Shown one piece after another: positions 39,205 through 49,102 of a stretch of 64,000 nucleotides of DNA. Location: NCBI GenBank assembly GCA_043817235.1, contig JBDRHA010000011.1, positions 107,467 through 171,466 on the forward strand, in the 5' to 3' direction. The position numbers and the translations under genes are program-made. This DNA comes from Candidatus Shapirobacteria bacterium (GTDB lineage Bacteria; Patescibacteriota; Microgenomatia; UBA12405; BS750m-G30). Below the pieces are notes generated by a model, which had not been told where the DNA came from, searched no databases, and was given only the letters and a program-made list of their open reading frames with translations. Positions within the stretch are counted from its first letter, which is position 1. Every line of letters begins with the position of its first letter.

Positions 39205-39522
39205 ATGTATAGTAAAATCGAAGGACAAAATTCAGCCCCCTTTATTCAAAAAGCAATGGAAGTAGCAGATACCGCCAATGGGATGATTAGTTCAGGCGCT
39301 AGACTAGAAGAAGATCCCAATGATCTTGAGGCACTTTTTACTCAAGCCGTATGCCAAGCAAAAGTAAGAAACGACCAGGAATTGGCAAAAGGAATTGTTG
39401 TATATAAAGAGCAGCTGCTATTTAGACTGACTAAGATAATAGAAATCCTAGAAACCGAGGGCGAAGATGCTCTATCTAATCTAAATCTAATAATGATTGG
39501 GTATTCTTGGGGAGTATTTTGA
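39205..39522 (+). CDS. Hypothetical protein
   Basis: ORF with a TATAAT-like box upstream. Confidence 0.5.
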   Translation: MYSKIEGQNSAPFIQKAMEVADTANGMISSGARLEEDPNDLEALFTQAVCQAKVRNDQELAKGIVVYKEQLLFRLTKIIEILETEGEDALSNLNLIMIGYSWGVF

Positions 39523-39636
39523 GAAACACTAACCCCGAGCTAGGTTTATAGACAATCCCTTCCTATAATAAAAGTCCGAAAATCGTCCCTATCCTACTTT
39601 AAAACTTCAGGGTAATAAATATCCGGCGAGCAAATT

Positions 39637-40110
39637 CTAAGAAGACCAGAAAACAATCAAGCTACTTTTATGCTGGTAAAGCTGATAATCCTTTAAAACC
39701 CTGTCAAATAATACCAGCCAATCTTTTTTAGGGAGAGTCTTGCCTGCATCAAACAAAGCATGATACAAATCTTTTACTGGCTCGCGCAAAAAGAGGTATT
39801 TAAAATTTCTGACTACTTCATTTAATACATTTTCCTTATCATCTAAGTGGTGGAGGGCAAAAGTAAAAGTGGCCATTTCTCCCTTAGGTATTTTCTTATT
39901 TAAGTCCATTTTCTTAACTCTTAACCCTTTTTCTCTAGCTCCTTTCAAAAGAAAATCGTTGCGTTCATAGCCCAAAACGCTCTTAGGTTGAAAGGTCTTC
40001 TTAATTCTTAAAGTATTTGAGCCGCAGGATTATACAGACTAAGCCGGTCCTAAAACCGTCCACGCCGGTAAATTAAATGGTACCCAATTTAACCAAGATA
40101 TTTCTTGCAT
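39637..40110 (-). pseudogene. Class I SAM-methyltransferase-like pseudogene
   Basis: ATG 40110 frame has two in-frame stops before CG..; the downstream part has FTFALHHL and LREP. Confidence 0.55.
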
Positions 40111-40149
40111 TTTATCAGGTTTAGAATTATTTAACCTGAAGGGTGGACA

Positions 40150-41067
40150 CTAAAATCCTATAGGCTTAAAAGGCTTTTGGGCAATTATTTCGTACCAAAC
40201 TCTGGGAAGAGCAGAAATACTAAGTTCACTGATTGCTTGTTTAAATGCCCTGCTTTTTTCTATGTCCGAAACGCTTTCTTGTCCCAGCACATCCTCAAGC
40301 GCTCCTCTAAAAAAAGCTGGATATTCTGCGATAGCTGCTAATGCCCTTGTTGTCAAATTTACAACTTTTTTTGCTTCATGAATGACTTCAAGACCAGTAT
40401 TTTTTATCATTTGTCTATATGTTTCAGGGGAATGGATTTGCATTACTTGAATCTGTCTATCTCTCTTTCCTCCCAATATTCTCATTACTCGCAATTTCAA
40501 TTTCCCCCATGACATAGGATCTTCTGAAATTCCTTCAGTTGTAAAAGCGCTATTAAAAGCTAGTAGTCCTCCTGGTTTTAAAATATTTGCCATGCTTCCA
40601 ATAATCTTAATTTTATCCTCATCCTCTCTAATTTCATGAAGAGCATCATGTATACTAACCCCATCAACCCCCCTTGGTTGAATTCTTTCGCTAAGTAATT
40701 GCATAAGATCCTGGCCCAAGCCGGCGATAAATTCTATAGAGATATCTCTTGAGCCTAGAACCTTTCTCATGGCTATACTCAGAGAGGTTTCATTGGGATC
40801 TATACCTATAATTGCCCCTCTTTTATTTTTTTTAGACGCTTCTTCTTTAATAAGTTCAGGAACAAGTCCTGTGCCAGTAGCGACATCAACATGGTAAAAG
40901 ACTGGCGGAAGCTCCGATACCAACTGCCTGACGAGATCTCTGTTAACTTCTCTATATTCTGATTGCCTGCTGAAATTTTCAAAATTTAAGCCATTGCCTA
41001 CGGGAGGCTGTTCTTCTGACATTTTTTCTTGGTAGCCTACTGACGAACTCGCTCTTTCGGGGCTCAT
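40150..41067 (-). CDS. Class I SAM-dependent methyltransferase
   Basis: VDVATGTG, IGIDP, ALHE, LKPGG. Confidence 0.85.
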   Translation of the reverse strand: MSPERASSSVGYQEKMSEEQPPVGNGLNFENFSRQSEYREVNRDLVRQLVSELPPVFYHVDVATGTGLVPELIKEEASKKNKRGAIIGIDPNETSLSIAMRKVLGSRDISIEFIAGLGQDLMQLLSERIQPRGVDGVSIHDALHEIREDEDKIKIIGSMANILKPGGLLAFNSAFTTEGISEDPMSWGKLKLRVMRILGGKRDRQIQVMQIHSPETYRQMIKNTGLEVIHEAKKVVNLTTRALAAIAEYPAFFRGALEDVLGQESVSDIEKSRAFKQAISELSISALPRVWYEIIAQKPFKPIGF

Positions 41068-41511
41068 TAAAATTAATTATATACTTGTCTCGCTCAAATT
41101 TGTAATTTTTAAGCTATTCGCATGCCCCAATTTATCACATAGGGTAATTTAGAGAATGGTTTTAATGTGTTCTAAAATCGCTCCATCCGACAAATCAATA
41201 TCAGCTGACAAGGGGATCGGGAAAACCCTATCTGTCCTCATTCTTTGAATCACTGGTATTATAAACCAAGCTTTTTCCCCAGAATTGTCTAATCTTCTTG
41301 CTTCTAAAAGACTTTGGAAGTAAAATATCGCATGTCAGCAGAAAAAAATCCAGGCAGCCAAGATGAAATTATAAGGTTTATGAGTGAACACTATAGAGGG
41401 CGGACTCCCCCCTCCGGCTCTTTAGATGCTTTAATCCAAGCCCAAGAAAAGGAAATATCTACTAAAGACGATCCAGGCAATCAACAAGATAAACTCCTGC
41501 TATAATTTTGC

Positions 41512-42405
41512 ATGATTGACGCTCATGCTCATCTTAGTTTTCCAGACTATCAATCTGATTTAGACTTGATAATTGCCCGAGCAAAAGAAGCGGGAGTAAA
41601 AAAAATAATTTGCGCTTCCAGTAATTTAGAAGAAAGCCAGCGAGCAGTAGAAATTGCCCAAAAATATCCGGGTGTTGTTTTTGCGGGCATTGGGATTCAC
41701 CCTCAACAGACTGACCCAGAAAACAAAATGCCTCTTGATAAGCAAATAAAAGCTCTCGAGTCGCTGGCTTCTCAAAAAGAAGTGGCTTGCCTTGCCGAAT
41801 GCGGTTTAGATTACGCGCCCGCTCCCCCTCCAGAAAAAGATCGAAGTAAAAAAAATCAATATTATCTTTTTGAAGCCCAGCTGAAAATCGCCCAAAAACT
41901 AAACCTGCCAGTTCAAATTCACTCCCGCCAAGCTTATTTAGACACCTTAGCTATACTCAAAAGTTATCCCAAAATAAGAGGACTTTGGCATTGCTATTCT
42001 GAAGGAAAAAAAGGTATTGAAGCAATTATTAATCTTGGTTTATATTTTGGCGTGGACGGCAACTTAACCTACGACCCGGGCTTGCAAAATGTTTTTAAGC
42101 TTATCCCCCTGAATAAAATAATTTTAGAAACAGATTCCCCTCTTTTAACTCCGCTTCCTTTTCGCGGCCAAAGAAACGAGCCAGCATATTTATTTTATCT
42201 AGCAAAAACCCTAGCCAAAATGAAGCCTCTGCGCAGCAAGCTGCGCAGTTTCTTCTTTTGCTCGCTTTGCGAGGATTATAGCTTTCATCCACGGAGCAAG
42301 CTCCGAGGTTTTCCCGCTCGCAAAATAAAAAATGTCCCTTTGGCTAAAATCGACCAAATTACTTCCCGTAACACCAAAAATCTCTTTACTAAGCTAGCAC
42401 AATAA
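41512..42405 (+). CDS. tatD: TatD-family DNase with a 35-aa in-frame insertion
   Basis: DAHAH, GIHP, ECGLD, IHSR, HCY, LETDSP. Confidence 0.92.
   Translation: MIDAHAHLSFPDYQSDLDLIIARAKEAGVKKIICASSNLEESQRAVEIAQKYPGVVFAGIGIHPQQTDPENKMPLDKQIKALESLASQKEVACLAECGLDYAPAPPPEKDRSKKNQYYLFEAQLKIAQKLNLPVQIHSRQAYLDTLAILKSYPKIRGLWHCYSEGKKGIEAIINLGLYFGVDGNLTYDPGLQNVFKLIPLNKIILETDSPLLTPLPFRGQRNEPAYLFYLAKTLAKMKPLRSKLRSFFFCSLCEDYSFHPRSKLRGFPARKIKNVPLAKIDQITSRNTKNLFTKLAQ
42222..42326. mobile_element. 105-bp palindromic MITE/REP-like insertion inside tatD
   Basis: Two hairpins GCGCAGCAAGCTGCGC and CGGAGCAAGCTCCG; CAAAAT at both junctions; removal restores LAK-IKNVPL. Confidence 0.8.
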
Positions 42406-42422
42406 GTTAATCTAATATTAGA

Positions 42423-45400
42423 GTGAAACAGATCGCCAGATTATTATTTTTTGTTGTTCTTGGTTTAATTTTTTTCGCTAAGTCAGCTTCAGCCGCAAAC
42501 CGCTACTGGGTTGGAGGATCAGATGGCGCCAACACCAATAATACAGCCAACTGGTCAGCTTCTTCGGGCAATGCCTGCGGACTGGGCGGCGGGGCATCTG
42601 TTCCCGGTTCTTCAGATGTAGCTATTTTTAACCCAGACTGCACTAATGGCGCAACTATTAATTCTGCTCTTAATGTCGCCGGAATGGATATCAACACAGG
42701 CTATACAGGAACGATTGCCCAAGCTTCGGGGATAACTATTACTGTTGGATCAAGTGATTGGATCCAGGATGCCGGTGATTTTAACGGGGGAGATGCCTAT
42801 ATTGACGTTAATGACGACTTTACCTTAAATTCTGGGGCCGATTTTACTTCTACTTCAAATGAGTTAAAAGTAAGCGGCAATTTGACAATTAATTCCGCTG
42901 CTATTTTTACTCACAACTCCGGCATCATTACTTTTGACGGCAGTTTTTCAAAAGCCATGGCTTGCGGTGGTAAAACATTTAATGCCATTAATTTCAGTAA
43001 GGGCATCTACACTATGACTGTAGGAAGCGACTGCACTCTTCCTGTTGCCGGCACTGATCCGACTTCGTCCGGTATTGTTAACAATGGCTCTATTATAGTT
43101 ACCGGTGATTGGACCATTAACGGTAATTACACCAGTAACACTGGTTGTAGTTTGACCATGTCTGGCAATACTCTTGATGTTCAGGCCTTGGTGCTTAACG
43201 CGGGCACTTTTCCGACGGGAATAACGACTCTTTATTTATCAGGCAATCTTGATAATAGCGGCAACCTTTTACCAAATAATATTGATCTGACCTTAGACGG
43301 CTTATCGAACACCATCTTAACAAGTTGCGGGACTGCTACTTTTAATTCGGTTAATATCGACAAAGGCAGTTTAGGTTACACGGTGACCGTTGCCAGCAAC
43401 TGTACCCTGCCTATTGCCGGTACCGATCCTTCAAACACCGGCAAGGTGGTCAATAACGGGGAAATTATCATTGATGGTAATTGGAATATTGATGGCTATA
43501 CGGCCAACAGCGGTTCTGTTTTAACAATGACCGGTGACATTCTTGATATTGATGGCGATTTAACACTGAATGCCGGTACCTTTCCTCAAGGGATTACCAC
43601 TTTGTTTGTTGGGGCCAATTTGGACAATACCGGTAATCTTTTACCCAATAATCTTGATTTAAGCTTTGACTCATCAAATCACACTGCAGTTACCTGCGGC
43701 AATGCTACTTTTAATTCGGTTAATATTAGCAAAGGCAGCACCGTTTACACCGTGACTGTTGGCAGTGACTGCACTTTACCGTTGGCTGGAAGCAATCCTA
43801 TTTCTGTAGGCAGGGTTATTAACAATGGTCAAATTGATGTCACCGGCACCTGGTCGATTACTGCTTTTACCAGCAACGCTAATTCGACTTTAACAATGAC
43901 CGGCAATACTTTAGCGACCGTGGCTGACAGTCTTGTCTTAACCGCTGGCACTTTTCCCCAGGGAATTACCACCCTTTCGGTGGCAGGTAGTCTTGACAAC
44001 AGCGGCAGCCTTTTGCCTGATGGAATTGATTTAACTTTATCTTTTGGCCACGGTAATTTAAACTGTGGTAATGCGGCCTTTAATTCCATTACCGTAAATA
44101 AATCCATTATTTATACTACTACCCCTGTCAGCAGCTGCAGCACGGGTAATTTTAATTTAATCTCAGGTAGTTTTGCCAATCCGGCTTTGGCTTACACTTA
44201 TAATCTTACGGGTAATTACTCGCAAACAAATAATATTACCACTGCGGGTGGTAATTTGACTTTTAACTTTACCGGTACCGGCGCTCAGGCATTGTCCATG
44301 ATTGCCGGTACTTTTGCTTCTGTTTTTAATGTTAACAAGTCCAATAGTACCTTGTCTTTGTCCACTGCGTTTAGTACCTCGGCCCAAGCCTGCACGGTTC
44401 AGGAAGGCACTTTTGATATCAATGGCAATGCTTTTACCTGCGGTTCGGCTTTTACGATTGAAGACGGCGGTATTTTTCAATTTGAAGGCGATGAGTCTAC
44501 CACCACGCCCACTTTAAATTCCGGTTCAAAAGTAGTTTACAAAGGCAATGGCGACTCTAGCCCTGATTCTTACTCATTGCTTGAATGGGATTATCATCAC
44601 TTAACTATTAATATGACGGATAGTGATGATATAGTGACTGGCAACGGAATAGACGAGATTAACGTAATTGGCAATTTAGCCCTTGACGGCGGTATTTTTA
44701 CTGGCCCGATTCTTTTAAACGTGACCGGAGATTGGAATGACGGCTCGGGTAGTTTTAGCCACAACTCCGGTACCGTGGTTTTAAACGGCTCCAGCCAGGC
44801 AATTACTGGCACTACGACTTTTAACAACTTTACCAAAGCAGCTTCTGCAGCAGACACCCTGATTTTTCCGGCCTCTAGCCGCCAAACTTTTATGGGAACC
44901 ATGACTTTAACCGGACAAGAAGACAACTTGCTTTCTTTGCGCTCTTCTACGCCTGAAACTCAGTGGGAAATAGATCCTCAATCAGCCCGAACTATTCAGT
45001 ATTTAGACGTGCAGGATTCTAACAATGTTAGCGCTACTCCTATCACTACCTCCGGATTAAACATTACTGACTCGGATCGCAATACTGGCTGGACTTTTAA
45101 TTCTGCCCCGGAAGCAACCGCTCCTTCATCTGTCTTTCAGTCTACAGATGGAAGTGGACATATTACTTTCTCTACCGCAATTTCTGACTCGGATAGCAAT
45201 GATACTAAGCTCAGGATAGAATATTCGGACGACGGCGGGAGTAATTGGCATGACCCGGATTTAGTTTCTGCTACTCCTTCTTCAGGAACAGTAGACCTTG
45301 ATGATGATAATGCTTACCAGGTCGGCAGCGTTGACAATATAGATACTTCTGGAGGAAATATTACCTTGACCATTGTTTGGGATACTCAGTCGGCTAATAA

Positions 45401-47780
45401 TGAAAATGGAAGTTTAGATGATACTTCTCAAGACGATATTCAAATTAAAGTAATTGCCAATGATGGAATTATTGATAGTTCAGCTGCAACTAGCAATTCT
45501 TTTTCCGTGGACAACCAAGATCCTTCGGGTGGAAGTCTTAGTATAAACGCGGGGGCAGTATATGCAACTTCTACTGCGGCTACTTCAATCATTGCCGCTA
45601 CCGGCGCTTCCCAAATGATAGTTTCAGAAAGCAGTAACTTTACTGACGCCTCTTGGGAAGATTACAATACAAGTAAAGCTTTTACTTTATCTTCCGGCAA
45701 CGGCACTAAAACTGTTTACGCGAAATTTAAAGATGCTGTCGGCAACGAATCTGGAACAGTTTCCGATAACATCATCTTAGATACCATTGCTCCCCAAGAT
45801 TCCAACTCCATTAATGATGGAGCGGCTTATACTAACTCCACTAGTATTACTTTAACGATCAGCGCTTTTGATGCTACTTCCGGTTTAAATCAAATGATAA
45901 TCTCTGAGAACGCTGATTTTACTGGTGCTTCTTGGGAAGACTACGCTATGAGCAAAAGTTTAACTATTTCTTCAACCGAAGGAGCAAAAACCGTCTACTT
46001 GAAGTTTAAAGATAACGCCGGCAATGAATCAGAAGTTTTTTCTGATACTATTACTTTGGACAGTACGGCTCCGACCGGAACAATAAACATCAATAATGGA
46101 GCTGCCTACACCGGCTCCGTTAGTATTACTTTGGCTATTTCCGCCAACGATACTCTTTCGGATGTAGCCCAAGTTATAGTTTCTGAAGATAGCAGTTTTA
46201 CTGGCAATTCCTGGGAATCGTACACTACCAGCAGATCTTTTACCCTTTCCGGTGCTCCTGGTCAAAAAACTGTGTATTTAAAAGCAAAAGACAATGCCGG
46301 CAATGAATCCGGCACATATTCAGATACTATAATCTTGGACGATGCTCCACCTTCGAGTCTTTATCTAGATTCCCCCAGTCCTGACGGTTTTACCAATTCC
46401 GAGCGGCCTACTTTTAAATGGAAAGCTGCTTCGCCAGCAGATTCTGATCTATCAGAGTATCAGCTAGAAATAGATAATGGCGATAATGGCAGTTTTAGTC
46501 TAGACGGCATCCCCACTAACCGAACAACAAATTACGAAACTAGCAAATATTATGTTCGATATGAGGGGTTTTCTGACGAAAACGATGACAATAACTATCT
46601 TTATTTGCAAACTAAATCTACAGACTTTTGGACTAGCTCCCAAAATGATGGCAAACTAAGAGAGGGGAGAAGGGCTTGGAAAATAAAAGCGATTGACCAA
46701 GCAGGCAATGTTCGGGAAAATTCTGCTAAGCTGTATGTAGATTTCACCTCTCCTGGTCTTTCAGTTTTTTTAAACCAAACTAGAGTGAACGACAATCAAA
46801 CACTAGCCGCCCTAGATACTGCTCCTTTGCTTTCTTTAAGCTTAACGGATAGCAGAAGCGGCAGCAATGCTAATGACAGAATCCGCTCTGATCCTCAAAA
46901 AATTATCATTACCCTAACCAAGATCGGCAGCTTAATAGATAAAGTTTCTCAAACTATTACCATTGCCGACTTAAGTTACGATACCTCCCGATGCAGCTCG
47001 GGCATTGACCCTTTTTCGGCAGATGACGATTGCTCTGCTTTCTTTAATTACGACTTAGAAGACTTAGATTGCGACAGCAATTACCAAATCAAGATTGAGG
47101 GAAACGATTGGGCCGGAAACAAGAAAATTATCAGCTTTAATCTAAATCAGGTTTCCCAACTCTCTTTACCCCAAGAGCTGAAAGAGGAAATAGAAAAAGA
47201 AATAGAGAAAATAGAAGAAGAGAAAAATATTTCTTTAAGTCCCAAAGAAAAAGAAGAAATTAAAGAAAAAATTATTAAAGATTTTCCTCAAGTCTCTGCT
47301 CTTACTCAGTCTCCCTCAAAAATTACGAAATTGACCAAAAACATTTTTCGAGCTCTTCTGACAACCTTGAGAAAAGCCGGAAAAATTGTAAATAGCGCCA
47401 AACCCTCGATAAATCCTCCTTCAATTGCAATCTTTCAGTCTATCTTTAAAATAGGCCAAGGAATAAAAATCGCATATCAGTCTTTTGTAGCTACAGTTTT
47501 TGACAGTGAACCGACGAAAATTATTGGGGTTAAAATTAAGAACACAGAGCCGAATCAGGCAATCCTGACTTTTTCTACTAACCATCCGGCGACTATAAAA
47601 GTCAATTACGGCAAATCTACTGCTTACGGCCAGGAAAAATTCATTGATCAAAAAGGAAAAGAGCATCTAATAATTTTAGATAGTTTAGAAGCAGAAACAG
47701 AATACTTTTTTGAAATCATCGCTCAAGGAAAAAACACAGCCATTGATGCTTACCGCACATTTGAAACGCCGACCGAATAA
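42423..47780 (+). CDS. Giant secreted surface/adhesin-like protein (1785 aa)
   Basis: Signal peptide, RYWVGG..NW start, three ~120-aa beta-rich repeats, three Ig-like KTVYxKxKDxxGNES repeats, C-terminal Fn3-like domain. Confidence 0.85.
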   Translation: MKQIARLLFFVVLGLIFFAKSASAANRYWVGGSDGANTNNTANWSASSGNACGLGGGASVPGSSDVAIFNPDCTNGATINSALNVAGMDINTGYTGTIAQASGITITVGSSDWIQDAGDFNGGDAYIDVNDDFTLNSGADFTSTSNELKVSGNLTINSAAIFTHNSGIITFDGSFSKAMACGGKTFNAINFSKGIYTMTVGSDCTLPVAGTDPTSSGIVNNGSIIVTGDWTINGNYTSNTGCSLTMSGNTLDVQALVLNAGTFPTGITTLYLSGNLDNSGNLLPNNIDLTLDGLSNTILTSCGTATFNSVNIDKGSLGYTVTVASNCTLPIAGTDPSNTGKVVNNGEIIIDGNWNIDGYTANSGSVLTMTGDILDIDGDLTLNAGTFPQGITTLFVGANLDNTGNLLPNNLDLSFDSSNHTAVTCGNATFNSVNISKGSTVYTVTVGSDCTLPLAGSNPISVGRVINNGQIDVTGTWSITAFTSNANSTLTMTGNTLATVADSLVLTAGTFPQGITTLSVAGSLDNSGSLLPDGIDLTLSFGHGNLNCGNAAFNSITVNKSIIYTTTPVSSCSTGNFNLISGSFANPALAYTYNLTGNYSQTNNITTAGGNLTFNFTGTGAQALSMIAGTFASVFNVNKSNSTLSLSTAFSTSAQACTVQEGTFDINGNAFTCGSAFTIEDGGIFQFEGDESTTTPTLNSGSKVVYKGNGDSSPDSYSLLEWDYHHLTINMTDSDDIVTGNGIDEINVIGNLALDGGIFTGPILLNVTGDWNDGSGSFSHNSGTVVLNGSSQAITGTTTFNNFTKAASAADTLIFPASSRQTFMGTMTLTGQEDNLLSLRSSTPETQWEIDPQSARTIQYLDVQDSNNVSATPITTSGLNITDSDRNTGWTFNSAPEATAPSSVFQSTDGSGHITFSTAISDSDSNDTKLRIEYSDDGGSNWHDPDLVSATPSSGTVDLDDDNAYQVGSVDNIDTSGGNITLTIVWDTQSANNENGSLDDTSQDDIQIKVIANDGIIDSSAATSNSFSVDNQDPSGGSLSINAGAVYATSTAATSIIAATGASQMIVSESSNFTDASWEDYNTSKAFTLSSGNGTKTVYAKFKDAVGNESGTVSDNIILDTIAPQDSNSINDGAAYTNSTSITLTISAFDATSGLNQMIISENADFTGASWEDYAMSKSLTISSTEGAKTVYLKFKDNAGNESEVFSDTITLDSTAPTGTININNGAAYTGSVSITLAISANDTLSDVAQVIVSEDSSFTGNSWESYTTSRSFTLSGAPGQKTVYLKAKDNAGNESGTYSDTIILDDAPPSSLYLDSPSPDGFTNSERPTFKWKAASPADSDLSEYQLEIDNGDNGSFSLDGIPTNRTTNYETSKYYVRYEGFSDENDDNNYLYLQTKSTDFWTSSQNDGKLREGRRAWKIKAIDQAGNVRENSAKLYVDFTSPGLSVFLNQTRVNDNQTLAALDTAPLLSLSLTDSRSGSNANDRIRSDPQKIIITLTKIGSLIDKVSQTITIADLSYDTSRCSSGIDPFSADDDCSAFFNYDLEDLDCDSNYQIKIEGNDWAGNKKIISFNLNQVSQLSLPQELKEEIEKEIEKIEEEKNISLSPKEKEEIKEKIIKDFPQVSALTQSPSKITKLTKNIFRALLTTLRKAGKIVNSAKPSINPPSIAIFQSIFKIGQGIKIAYQSFVATVFDSEPTKIIGVKIKNTEPNQAILTFSTNHPATIKVNYGKSTAYGQEKFIDQKGKEHLIILDSLEAETEYFFEIIAQGKNTAIDAYRTFETPTE

Positions 47781-47797
47781 TGTGCTAAACTAAAAAA

Positions 47798-49099
47798 ATG
47801 CTCACTCTTTTTAATTGCAGTCTTTGGGGAGATGAGGCTTTTTCTGCCTTGCTGGCTCAAAAATCTTTTTGGCCAATGATTCAGATTGTGGCCAAAGACA
47901 CTTCTCCGCCTCTTTTTTATATAATTTCCTGGATCTGGTTTAGAATCTTTGGCTCCTCGGAAATAGCGATTCGCTCTCTTTCTTTTATTTTTTACCTGGC
48001 TACCGCCTATGTTATTTATCTTATCGGAAAAACTCTTTACAGTAAAAAAGCAGGTGTTTGGGCAGCCTTGCTTTCTTTTTTTAACCCCTTTTTATTTTTA
48101 TACGCTTTTGAAGGTCGAATGTATTATTGCCTGCTTTTTTTTACCGTTCTTTCTTTTTACTTTCTTATTAAGAAAAATAAATTAGGCTATATTTTGGCCG
48201 CCACGGCGGCCCTTTATTCCCATCACTTTGCTATCTTTCCTCTGCTTTCCCAATTTATCTGGAAAGCCATTCAAATCAAAAAGATAAGCTTAAAAAACAT
48301 ATTCTTGTTAGTTAAGCCTTATTCACTTATTGCTTTTCTTTATCTGCCCTGGATTTATCCTCTTTATCTGCAAACCACTTTAGTTTCTACTGGATTCTGG
48401 CTGGGAAAACCAAAAACGAAAGACCTAATTAATATTTTTCTAAATTTTCTTACCGGGGAAAAAATTTATTTTTTTCAAAAATACCTTCCTCTTGCTGCCC
48501 TTTTGATTGTTGTTTTTAGACGATGGAGCAAGAAATATATTAAAAGTGACCTTCTTCTCTTCTTCTGGGCAGTTATCCCGCCAATTTTTACTTTTCTTGT
48601 TTCTCAAACTAAAGTATCCATCTTTTACGAACGCTATCTTCTTTATAGCATCGTCCCTATCATGATTCTCCTTGCTTCTAGGCAAAGAAAACTCTCTTTT
48701 CTGCCCTTGGGCATTATCTTGGTTATTTATTTATTGGCAAGTTCTTACCAATTTACCCACCCCTTTAAAAAGCCCTTCCGGTCTTTTTCTTTATGGATTA
48801 GAAACAATGTTCCCTCTGATGCCTATTTAATAAACTATAACGGCAGCGCTCATCATCTTTGGGAAACTAAATATTACGGAATTCAGTCGCCCATTTACTC
48901 GCCGGGTGGGCCATTGCCTTACTTTGTTGGCACAGCGCAAATGGAAGAGAATGACGTCGTCTACACACTGCCCCAGAAAGATACTATTGGGCTAATTAGC
49001 AGCGATTCTCCCGATAAAATTTCGGTCGCTGGTTTTGAGCCAGATAGCGACCACAAAGAAGGCCCACTTTATTTCATCTGGCTCAAAAAAAAGCCCTAA
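47798..49099 (+). CDS. GT-C (GT39-like) glycosyltransferase
   Basis: LWGDEAFS, DTSPPLFY, EGRMY. Confidence 0.85.
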   Translation: MLTLFNCSLWGDEAFSALLAQKSFWPMIQIVAKDTSPPLFYIISWIWFRIFGSSEIAIRSLSFIFYLATAYVIYLIGKTLYSKKAGVWAALLSFFNPFLFLYAFEGRMYYCLLFFTVLSFYFLIKKNKLGYILAATAALYSHHFAIFPLLSQFIWKAIQIKKISLKNIFLLVKPYSLIAFLYLPWIYPLYLQTTLVSTGFWLGKPKTKDLINIFLNFLTGEKIYFFQKYLPLAALLIVVFRRWSKKYIKSDLLLFFWAVIPPIFTFLVSQTKVSIFYERYLLYSIVPIMILLASRQRKLSFLPLGIILVIYLLASSYQFTHPFKKPFRSFSLWIRNNVPSDAYLINYNGSAHHLWETKYYGIQSPIYSPGGPLPYFVGTAQMEENDVVYTLPQKDTIGLISSDSPDKISVAGFEPDSDHKEGPLYFIWLKKKP

Positions 49100-49102
49100 A
49101 TC

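Noticed and set aside
41314-41505. 63-aa ORF upstream of tatD
   Set aside because: Short with no motif; may be real from the ATG at 41332 but cannot be supported from sequence alone.
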